Shown here: positions 1 through 10,577 of the stretch, piece by piece | How positions within the stretch are numbered: position 1 is the stretch's first letter | Layout: the number at the start of each line of letters is the position of its first letter | Source of the DNA: Chara braunii | Taxonomy: Eukaryota; Plantae; Charophyceae | DNA length: 64,000 nucleotides | Direction: 5' to 3' | Assembly (NCBI GenBank): GCA_003427395.1 | Contig: BFEA01000005.1 | Coordinates: forward strand, 7,700,429 to 7,764,428 | Notes under the pieces: generated by a model | Seen by the model: only the letters and a program-made list of their open reading frames with translations | Database searches by the model: none | What the model was told of the DNA's origin: nothing | Program-made: the position numbers and the translations under genes

Positions 1-129
1 CCGGGCCCATTCAGGCGGGCCCTATATCGAGTTGCAGCCAGGCTATTCAGACAGGCCTTTACATTGAGTTGCCGATTGCTATCTGGCCAGGTCTTTGAGG
101 GAGTATCTGCATTAGTGAGAGGGTGCATT

Positions 130-638
130 CCATCCAAGCTGGCCCGACGCCGTGAGACTACCCCTAAGTGGGGTAGATTGATTGAGAGGTTCTGCTACAG
201 ACATGTGGGACATCAGAGTTTCACTATCAGGGCTAATGAGTCCTCGACTTCGAAACGCACGCTCGTGATCACCTACTGGTGAAGGGGGCAGAGACGGGAG
301 TGAAGGGCACCACATACGACAGGATTGCGGATTACATATTTCGGAGGGAGAGCTATTGGAGGGACAACTGGCTGCACGTGGTGTTCCCTTGCGTACCTTC
401 AGCTCCTGGGGGTGTGCTCTTCGACTTTGACGGATGCAACCCCAAGCCCCTTAGTGAGCCCCGTAGCAAGGAGAAGAGGCGGAAGAACGACCGGATCCAG
501 AAAGAGATAACCAGATCCGAAGTCCCAATCACTACATGTGTCCCGAAAGCAAAGACAGATAAGTCGAATTTGGAGCCCTGCTTTGTGAGTGACCTTGATC
601 TTGGCGATTATTTCGACTGGGACACTCACAGGGGTTGA
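130..638 (+). pseudogene. LTR-encoded unknown ORF A (frameshifted)
   Basis: TTPKWG..IERFCYRH, DYIF.RESY and GDYFDWDTHxx* blocks are shared with ~49640-50280. Confidence 0.55.
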
Positions 639-755
639 GTTTGTGGACGGCGACAGGAGCGCTGGAGACCAGTGTGCGAAGACGTAAGAGGGCGACATTG
701 AGGAGGATCGCACATCTTCTTGCACGGTATCTTCTTGAGGGTGATTGACTCCTAC

Positions 756-1192
756 ATGTCAGACGACCCTAGGTCTGAGACAGTTATTGGTCCCCCAAGA
801 GGGGAGGGTCCGGTCCCATACCTCGGAGATGGCTATAGTCATTTGGTCGGGACAGACTTCGCTATGCAGGCTTATCGAAAGCCTCTTTACGGAGATTGCT
901 TTCTCGAGGTTTCCTACATCTACTCTGGGGAAGAGGGCGGATTGAGATATTGATTGGAGCTACGGGCGATATCATTCTTGCGGAGGTGCTTTATCTCAGG
1001 AGCGTCGCAGACGAGGAGATGGCTAGATGCATGGCCTATATCTGCAAGATTGATCCAGTCGCGCCTCTCGATATCACCTATGTGGTTCCAGAGTCTATAG
1101 CCACGCGGGTTCTCAATGACGAAGCGCCAGATGTGGAGTCCCAGACGGCAACACTTACTCACGAGGGGGTACCGCTTATTATCATTGATTGA
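756..1192 (+). pseudogene. LTR-encoded unknown ORF B (one frameshift near 925)
   Basis: Aligns end to end with the intact 149-aa ORF at 50416-50865, with many synonymous changes. Confidence 0.7.
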
Positions 1193-1713
1193 GGTTCTCT
1201 CCTTTCAGTCACTATGATGTATTATAATATTATTATTTATTAGTGACTGCAGATCTTCGATGGCTGCTCCCTGCATACCCTGTGTGCTACTCTTCAGTCT
1301 TGTATCTCTGGTCATGCTCTTGCAGAGTCTGGTTTCTGGTCTTCTCGTTTTGTCAGTGTCAATTACTCTATGATGCATATTTGTTATTTTCCTCCTTATT
1401 TTATACAGGTTACACTCAAGGCAGCTCGAAGGACTCCTGAATGATAGGGACTCCGGTGACCTTGGGTCTATCCTTTATATGGGGTCAGGTGCAGGCGATA
1501 AACCCGAACGTCTCACTCTAAGTCGTGTCGTCGCTGGCAGGAGGGATAACCCTGACTACTCGGCTGTATGACAAAGTGTGACTGCTTCTGAATAAACTTC
1601 TATTTTTTATACCTATCAAAATCCTGCATGATAGTCTGCCAGTCCTCCAACCCACTGAGCTCGGTCCGGGGAAGGACATCCAACCAGACCCTTGAAACAG
1701 TGGGGGCGCGACA

Positions 1714-2885
1714 CCGGGCCGGGCATAGTTGTTTGAATGTTTCCTTCGACATCCTATCCACCTATGCCATACTCTTTTCCTTTGCGCGTTGAGCCCAAAT
1801 TTCTTGTTGTTTAATCTGAAGGTCCTTCCATTTCTTCTGCCATGTGTCTCTCCGTCATTCCCAATACATATTTGTAATTGGGTTTTGCCCAATATGTGTT
1901 TCTGCCTCTTCGACCATTCATTTGCATTCAGCTTCCTCCTTGTTTTTTTCCCTCCCCAGGATATGGGAAAAGGCATTCATTGCTTTTGTCACTATTCGAA
2001 AACCAAGCTATACACATTCTGCCTCTGTTTCGAACCAATCCCTGGTCGTCTCCCAGTCTGACCAGTGTTTTTTGCACCACTCAGTCACTCCCTCATTATT
2101 CAAGTTTTCAGTGTTAAGTCTGAAAAACCCTGCCTCTTTTCGGATATTTCCCCCCAATATGAAATCAATGGTTATCGGTCAGTGATCAGAGAGTGGATCT
2201 GCTATCACTTTCATTTCCAGTGGCGATTCTCATGTCTGTCCCCTAGTGAGTATCAAGTCTAATCTCCTCTGAGATGTGGGCCGGCTAACGTCCCTCTGTG
2301 AAGACCACCATGTGTATCCAAGCTCATCGGGTTGTACGTGGTAATAGGTATCCGTTAGCTTTTGTGCTTCCGGAAGTTATGTTAGGAGAACAGCATCCGC
2401 CTTTCTTGGTCCTACTTCTGGTGAGTCCATCCCTGGCAGTAGCACTGTGTTGAAGTCGCCTGCCACCACCACGTTCAGAGCATCTGGCAGTACGTTTGCT
2501 AGGTCCCTCAGAAAGGACCTGTGTTCGCCTGACACCGCATAAGCATAGATGGACATCAGCAACCATTCTTGCTCTGCGACTACGATTTTTACCCATACCC
2601 ACTGCCCCCATATGTCCCAACCGCTTTCCGGCACGGTAATGTCCAAATCTTTGTGGATGAGAATGGTTGAGCTTCCCTTGGGACCATCCGTGGGGCCCAC
2701 CATTGAGGGTCTCTCCACCATCTGGCGATCTGGGCAATCTTCGGTTGGTCTAGTTTAGATTCTTGCAGAAACATTACCTGGATTCTCTGCTGGTGAATTC
2801 AAGTCTTAAGACGGGTCTTTTTATATCTTTGCGCCGTGTCCCCAAGGTCTCGAACGTTCCATGTCGGCATACGGACTTGTTCCAT
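1714..2885 (-). pseudogene. LINE ORF2 N-terminus (APE endonuclease)
   Basis: MEQVRMPTWNVRDLG start at 2885; ORFs 2589-2774 and 2377-2721 carry APE motifs. Confidence 0.85.
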
Positions 2886-5504
2886 TAGCTGCAGGAGGTG
2901 TGGCTGTTGATTGGATCCACGGGTCTACATTGTTGTTCTTGTTGCTTCCTTTCCTTCTTCGCCCCTGGGAGGCACAAAAATCCGCTACAATGTTTTCGTT
3001 CACGTTGTTGAAGATGTGGATTCTATTCGCCTCATGTGACTGGTTCTTGTAAAACCAATGAGGGGGAATCCACTGTATCTCCTGAGCCTCCAAGATTGTC
3101 ACTACCTCCTGAGTGATCTTGGCGTCTACACCACCAAGTGGAAGTGTTGTTGTAGTGCTCTGATTTGATTGACTGTCTTCCTTCCTGTGCGAATCCCGGG
3201 GACTAAACGGAAGGGAAACCAGCCGAAGGTGAATTTCGATGTAGTATTGGGTGGACCATCTAATGTGATGGAAGGCAATATAAATTTCCCGGAAGTGGCT
3301 CATCGTGCAAGGATTTGGTGCCTTGCAGTGCTAGTGAAGTACAGATTGGGATTAAATAGTGAGCGGTCTTTGATTGGCTCAGTCCCTAGTCTGATGTATT
3401 GGTTAGGGCCATTCCTGTCCCTTGTATGTCAGATTGAGCAGGGTTTGCATGTTCTTCCTTGTTTGCCACGGTGCGTCCTGGGGGTGAGGCTATGTTAAAA
3501 AGAACTATCTCACTGTCTTCTTCTTCCCTCATAGGCTCGCTTGTACCTTCATCACCTATTCTTCTCATCAGAGTCTTGACAGGGGCTTGAAAGTGTAGCC
3601 CGATTCTCTGAATCTCGCATTATCTGATGAGGGATTGGAGGGAGATTTCCTTCCCTCACTTTTTGGATTACTGTCAACTCTACTCCTCTCCTTGCCTCCA
3701 CAACCGGTTGCTCCATTGTTGTTGCCCCTATGAATTGAAGGACTGTTCTCTTTTCTTCCACATTTTTCACTCTATATTCTGAGTTGATGCGCAGAGCTCC
3801 AAATGACTGGGTCGATCTCTCTTGCTAGATATTTCCCTTCGGGTTGTTTTCCAGTGCGGTTCCCTTGTGTGTCTCGCAGTGTATCCCTTTGCCTAGTCAG
3901 CACCAAGTGCGGGGTCGTAACTTGTGTTGTGGTCGTCTGGGGACTCAGATCGATATGATATGCGTCTACGGAGCTTCTTCTCGGACCATTAACCCCTCTT
4001 AGGTTTGCGTGTGATGCCCTTGACCAAATTTCCTAGTAGTGGGGAGTTATAAGGCTGAATCGCACGCGACCAACCCTGGTCCAACTGGGTCAGAGGTAAG
4101 GTAGTCTCCTTCCTATGTTGCCCACTTCCGTGGGTCCGTGCAGGGGAATTGTCGAAGACGTTTCCCTGCAAATCAGACGCTTGTTGCAGAGTACCCCTGG
4201 TATGGTTCTGAGGAGGTGGTGGGTAGACGTATCCAAACTGAGATGGTGACAGTGATGGGGAAGAGAAAGATGGAATTAATCAAGCATGGTCGAGTGTAAG
4301 TGGTATGGTCGCGACAGAAGTAAGGTCGGGCACTTAATGCACCAGCCTGGCTTGTTGCCAGGTCCCATGAAGTGGCTGGCCCTAGTCTGCTGGTTGAGTG
4401 TCCGGTGGGATGGTTGAGATTCAAACGGCAGCGGGTGCGCAAGCTGTAGCAAGTTCCCTTGAGATTGACTTAACGTAGTTGGAATTCTCGTATTCGATGG
4501 CGGGGGGAGGGGGGGTGGAGGAAGTGGGGGTGGGGGAGAAGAGGGGGCCCCGGATTCGGTGGAGGTGGGAGTGGGTAGGATGGGACAGGGGCAGGGGGTC
4601 CTTGTACATATGGTATCATCGCCTGAGTCGATGGGACTTGACTTGCACCTGTCGGGACCTGACTTGTGTTTCCCCTCCCTTGACCTCCTCCGCCTCTAGC
4701 TTCCCCTGCCGTCCCTCCTCTCACAGGTCCTCTCCCTCTTGCACCTCTCCCTCTACCTCTTCCTCCTCGACCTCGTCCCTATCTGTCCTCTGGCATCCGT
4801 TCGTTGAATCTAGGGCTGTCAGGGTCAAATTCGTCATGGAACCACCATAGGCATTTGCCACGGACTGGCGTATCTTGATTTGCGAATTGGATATCGAGAT
4901 GGCCAACCGTTGTTTTTTTAACCATTACCCATTCGATGAATGATTGTCGGACTTCTGGTACTACACAGTCAATTCGGACGTTCCCTAATCATGGCTCCTC
5001 CCGGTCTCTTGTCTGGAGGGTGCATAACCAGGACCCGACCCATGAATTTTTGTACTGCAAATTGGAGTGATACTAGGGCTTCCAACGGGACACGAAGAGC
5101 AATAATACGGAACTTCCCGGCAAGTTCGGCGTCTCTCATTGTATCTAACTCTTGCATCTTCGTCCACGGTAAATTTAAATAGGCCTTTAATCGAGCCGTT
5201 TCAGGTTGGGATCCGGTCCTAGCCCTTCATTATCATCCATTATGCGATCCTGTCTGATCTAGCCACATATGACATGGCATTCGGACCTTCTCCATGCGTT
5301 CTACCTCTTTTAAAGGAAGGGTTGACTGTCAGATCATGGTACCAGGCATCCTCGTAGACTTGAATCACTTGTTCTCTTTGAGCAATGTTGAGTGACATGG
5401 AGGGCTCATAAAAAATGACGATAACTGTATGTGCTTTTAGCCAGTTTACCGTCGCTGTGTCAATTTCTTCATTCAGTGTCAGGATCCCTACCTCGTCTAC
5501 TATC

Positions 5505-5634
5505 TTTTTTTTTTTTTTTTTTTTTTTGGGGCAAATGCTCCAGTATATTCGTGGGGAGCAGCACGTGCTGGGAACCGGGCCCAGCGTCCCATATAGAGTT
5601 GCACAAGTCATTTGAGATAACGGGGCCATTATCT
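5505..5634 (-). mobile_element. ~125-bp poly(A)-tailed LINE 3'-end mini insertion
   Basis: T-run 5505-5527, pseudoknot motif 5536-5590 and a short TATCT duplication. Removing it restores ORF1 text ..SRSQIVDEVG.. Confidence 0.75.
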
Positions 5635-6025
5635 GGCTTCGACTGAGAATCAATTTGAGAACTATTGAAGAAATTCAAGAGAATTAAAGGAGAGGTTAAA
5701 AAACTAAGAATGACTACTCACCTCTTTTCGAATGCTGAGAACCCCTAGACTCCCAAACAAACCTCTCTAAAACTGTCCAACACTGTCTTATTCCCTGTCG
5801 AGCTCTCCCAGGCCTCACACCCCCACCTGGCTAGGTTACAGAGCAACAAGACTCGCCCCAGCTCCGGTCAGCGTCGTCCCAATAGCTACCCTTGGTTGTC
5901 CCTTGGAATGCCCACCCCAAAGCATCCCCAGATCTCTCTACCAGGCCTCACGCTCCTGCAATCAGCAGGTTACAGGGGAACACCCCAGAACCGTCCAGCG
6001 TCGTTCTGGCATCAAACAACCGCAA

Positions 6026-6029
<4 letters not shown>

Positions 6030-6061
<32 letters not shown>

Positions 6062-6203
6062 AAAACAAACTCCTTTGGTGATAGTGGTGCTGATAAGAGC
6101 AGTCACCACTGCCACCCGGGGAGAGGCTCCGTCTATTGGTGGGGAGCATCACCTGCTGGAAAACGGGTCCAGCATCCCATATAGAGATTGTATTTAGCGG
6201 GTA
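6030..6203 (-). mobile_element. LINE 3'-UTR fragment with poly(A)
   Basis: T-run 6030-6060, terminal hairpin and pseudoknot motif nearly identical to 15591-15678. Confidence 0.8.
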
Positions 6204-7817
6204 ATGGAAGAAAAAAAGGGGAAGATAGCCTATCAAACGCAATGGGTCGTCCATGAGCTACCCTTGGACCCTCTGGAATGGACCTGGTCACCCTCCCCAA
6301 AGAGAAAGAGAAGTGCAACAGATCAGACAACCCTTTACAGGCTGACGGTTAAATCTGCATACAGGATGCTTAGGCTCAAACGTTGCTTAAGGGATGTGGT
6401 TATTGATCGTTGGGCCAAGCAGCTTAATGTGGATCGATCTCTTCTGACGCTCATTCGATGGTTTCAAGACCAGAAAACCAAACCTGCAAAAATCTCTTCC
6501 TTACAGTGGCAGATAGCACATCGCTGTCTGCCTACAAATGATTGGTTAACGTTCTTTACCGTGGTGTCAACGTTCTTTACAAAAATCTCTTCCTTACAGT
6601 GGCAGATAGCACATCGCTGGAGCAGAAAGGCCTAGCGCTACCGTGGTGTCAACGTTCTTTACAAATGTTTCCTGCCCATAAAAAGGCAAAGACTATCGAA
6701 CATATTTTTATGCAATGTCCGATAGCCCAGTTTATGTGGAGGTGGTGGGATCGAATTTGGAGGAAGATGGTAACTGGTCCTCCCTAGCCATGGTCCTGGT
6801 GGACGATTTTAATGGGTCACTGGCCTTTGGCAGGGGAAGTTTCGGCCTTTGTAGAAAATATGTTCACTCTGGGCAGGAGAGCGGTGATGTGGGCCCTCTG
6901 GAACCGGAGGTGTGTTCTGGCCATGGAAAAGGTAAGACTAGAGGGGGCGGAGGTCATCGAACAGATTCAGCAACAGGTGCAGTTAGCACTCATACGGAGG
7001 TGGTCTGACGTAAAGTCACAACTGGATCTTTTTACACAAAATACTGATATCAGGAAAAGGATTACCTCATTTTGTATGGATTGGTTGGGAGGAGAAAGGG
7101 AGGGATGGGTGGCAAAAGTAACATGGGGAGGGGATAGAGTTGAGGATCAACAAGCTTTGGAGGTTGCAAGAAACTACAATTTGGTGTTCAAGGAGTGGAC
7201 CCAGGTGGAACCTTCATTCCCCTTGCCCCCCCCCCCATAGACTTCCCGGACGCCTTCCCCCCCCATACCCTTTCCCTGGCGGAAATCCTAGTATGATGAT
7301 AAGAAGATAAAAGGAATGGAGTGGAAGGAGGATCCACTAGTTGCCACCAGTGCCCTCCCCCACCCCTGCGGGTTAACTCATTGTCAATGGTATGGGACGC
7401 TGGACCCGATTTCCAGCAAAACGTCTTGTCATGACCAATCAGATTCTCTTCTCTGTTCTAACAAAGAGGGTGGGAAGAACTAGCTCTTCAGAAGAGGACC
7501 TCTGGCGCCCGGCAAGAGGGCGAAGAGGTTTTTTCCCCATTCTTAACGACCTGCACACTCAATCCTCTGGAGACCAGAGTGATTAATGCTGGCAGGTCCC
7601 CCAGTCAACTAGTTGTCACAAATTGTTTCATTTTGTATTCTGTATTTTGTACATGGGACGCTGGACCCGTTTTCCAGCAGGTGATGCTTCCCACTAATAG
7701 ATGGAACCTATCCTTGGGTGCTAGTGATGTTGGGTTTTACCAACACCACTAGCACTACAGAGGGTGCTGTTAAAATATAAAAACAAAAAAACAAAAAAAA
7801 ACAAAACAAAAAAAAAA
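6204..7817 (+). mobile_element. 5'-truncated LINE (ORF2 C-terminus, 3'UTR, A-rich tail)
   Basis: WQIAHRCLPT and WCQR..TIEHIFMQCP zinc-finger region homologous to 14100-15050; A-rich tail 7772-7817. Confidence 0.9.
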
Positions 7818-7979
7818 CAGCCTGGTCCCAACATCATCATAGCAGTTGGATACAGCGTCTTCTTTTTTTTCTTGTTTGTTTTACAAGTGGGGCTCACAGT
7901 GCTGACTCTCGGCCGGACTCCGGAAAACTTCAAAAAAAAAAGAAAACTGACAGTTTTCCCTTTCTTCCTAACAGATTTA

Positions 7980-10577
7980 TGACTGTGAAGGATTAGACCA
8001 TACAGCGGCACATCACTCAGAGAGAGGGAACCGGGGGCAGACGAGGACGGACAAGGAAAAGAGATCCCATTGGATAACCTCACGACGGCCAGTGCCTTTT
8101 TCCTTACAAAGTTCCTAACTAATTTTGAAGACAAACTGGTAAATCAGGGGGGTAAACAGCGCAGAATAAAGGCTCTCGTAGTCGGAAAGGTGCACGAAAG
8201 AGATTAGATCTACACCTGTCATGCTAGTAATTGGGTGTTCTACGACGATGCAGCTTACAAGACGATGAATGACAAAATAGCCTGGATTAGGAAGAGGTTA
8301 ACGATCCTCAAAGGATCGAAGGAAGGAGCACGAGACTTCTTCCTAATCCAGCCGGTCTCGTCATCAGTATACACCATCATTTGTATGTTTGATGCTGACA
8401 AGCACACAATGGACGCTTGGCGGAGCATCCGCTGCGGCCGATCAGAAGTTAGGATTTACCCATGGTCTCCTTAGAGACAACAGAAACCGGAAGAAAAGAG
8501 GGCACAGTTAATGGCAGACTGGTATTGGGTAGAGTTCAGGCACATCCCGATTGAGATCCAGGCGGCGTTTGTGCAGGACCTGGCACATAATTATGACATA
8601 ATAGACTTTATCGATCCCTTACCGTCTTATGTGGCTAAGCGGGACGACTACTTGATGTTGGCCTTGGAGCTCCCCAAGGACCACGTCTTCCAAATAGACG
8701 ATGTGATTGAATTTCGCATAGGAGGACGCGAGTTCAAGATACACACCGCACACAAGAGTCGGCCCTGGTGCTTCAGGTGTCAAGCCTATGGCCACGCTGC
8801 GGCGGAATCAGGATGCCCGCAAAACCCAGCCAAGAGAATCAAAGTTACGCGCCGCCTGCTTCGTGACCCCTTCAAGGCGACATTCTGGAGAACAATTGAT
8901 CCGGGGCACGAGGGGTGGGTGTACATAGACGAGCAATCGCAAGAAGGGGGAGTGAGGGGTTGGGAACAGGAAGGGAAGGAAGAAATTAATTGGGAAACAA
9001 AGCCCCCCAAGGAGTGGTCCCCACCTCAAACGGTAGAGAAACACATGGATAGACCACAAGGGCACCCCATGCCAACCCCCCCCCTACCCACCCCAGTCCC
9101 CAGAACCAGCGGGAGTTGCAGAGAAAGGGGGAAGAGGAGCCTCGTCCCCATGACTTTCTCGCAAAAACGGACATAACCGGCGTATGGAAGCAAGCCCGGT
9201 TAACAAAGAAGGCAGGTCAAAAAGATCGACAGAAGGGCGACAAGGACGCAAAGAGCCCTCCCCTTAAACTGAATGCGGTGCGAAAAGGGACAACAAACCG
9301 CTTCGCTCCTTTGGCTACCATGGAAGGGGGAGGGGAAATGCAGACTGAGGGCGAGCAAGAGGGTGGAGAACCTGCAGAAGGGAAAAGGATGGAACAAGGG
9401 AATGACCAACCGACAGGGGGAAAGACACATAACCAAAGGAAAAAAGAATAGAAAGAGACAGAAACAAAAAGACAGCACCTCCCCTGGCCAAATGGAAACA
9501 GATCCCTTGGGCCAGGCCTTTGGACTGTAGCCAATGGATGTGGAGGACTCACCGCCCCCCCCGGGACGTTGAGATGGCAGATACAGGGTCCGAGCAGCAA
9601 GAGTACCCCTTGGGCCAGGGAGATGTAGAAACGAAACTCAGAGCCCTGGGGACTGGCTGATAGACCACCTCAAGCCGCTGCACCCGAACCTACCCTTGTC
9701 ATTCTGGGACTCCGCCTACATCCATCTCTTCGAGATGCTGGATAACAGCCCGACTTTGAAACAAGCTCTAGACCAAGGTTTGGCGGACCACGAAAACTGG
9801 TACACCGTTCTTGGGCGAATATGGCGCATTGTACAAGGACAATTCCACTGCTCACACCCGGAAACGGAGCAGGGGGCCACGAATAACCAACCAGGCACAC
9901 AGCATTCAGACCGGCCAGAGTCACAGCCCCGGGGGGAAGCCTCACAGGACATAATAGATTAGACAGACATCCCCGAACCATCCAGGAGGACAAAGCTACG
10001 ACACCTAGTTGAGAAAGGCTGCCAGAACGCCCCCCTATCGAAAGAAAACAAGGTCTTGGTTCTACCAGAGAGAAAGGGGGGAGAAAAATGGGAGTTGGGA
10101 CTGTCGCACGCAGAACACAACGAATACACCCCGATTTTTGGGGGGGTGACCCTTAAAGGGTGGCGGCAGGATGACCCCGGGGGGTTTTGTCTCAAGGTAG
10201 TTCAAACCTTTATTGCAAATCACTTCGAACCCAGTCCCACCGCCACCATAATAGCGCCAGGAGGCCCCAATAGGATCGCAGACTGGGACATATACGTGCT
10301 GTTTGAGGAGCACAAAGAGGCAGGCCTTACTTGGTGCTCACACAATGCGCTGCTCGAATTGCAAAGTCTTAAGGTAAAACCTAGCTATGCCTGGTCCAGA
10401 GACGACTTGCTTACCTGTTTATGCAGGATTTTGCGCAAGAATATCTTTAATGACGAGGTGGCCTGGGACAAATAGAATTGGCAACGGTTCTGAAGACTGT
10501 ACTGAAGTTGAAGGAAGTTGAAGGAAGGTGACGGACGCTGCTCTCCCCCTACACATACAGTGGAATGGACTCGGTAG
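7980..10577 (+). pseudogene. LINE ORF1 (gag-like) with stops/frameshifts
   Basis: VRIYPW, WYWVEFRHIP and CFRCQAYGHAAAESGC knuckle, then a low-complexity linker and a globular C-terminal domain. Confidence 0.8.

Larger units (their letters stand above)
1..1713 (+). mobile_element. 3' part of a long LTR (Gypsy-type element), inserted into a LINE
   Basis: Colinear diverged homology with ~49300-51401. Both copies end ...GCGACA, the second copy is followed by a PBS, and this copy abuts LINE ORF2 sequence at 1714. Confidence 0.7.
1714..6029 (-). mobile_element. Degenerate L1/Tx1-type LINE (family A): 5'UTR, ORF1, APE endonuclease; cut by LTR insertion
   Basis: Minus-strand WNVRDLG, FLQESK, SIYA and VAGDFN endonuclease motifs (~2300-2885), with a broken ORF1 upstream. 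Confidence 0.85.

Noticed and set aside
7497-7530. HDV-like ribozyme (GGCGAA resembles J4/2)
   Set aside because: No room for the P1/P3/P1.1 nested topology; a simple bulged stem explains it.
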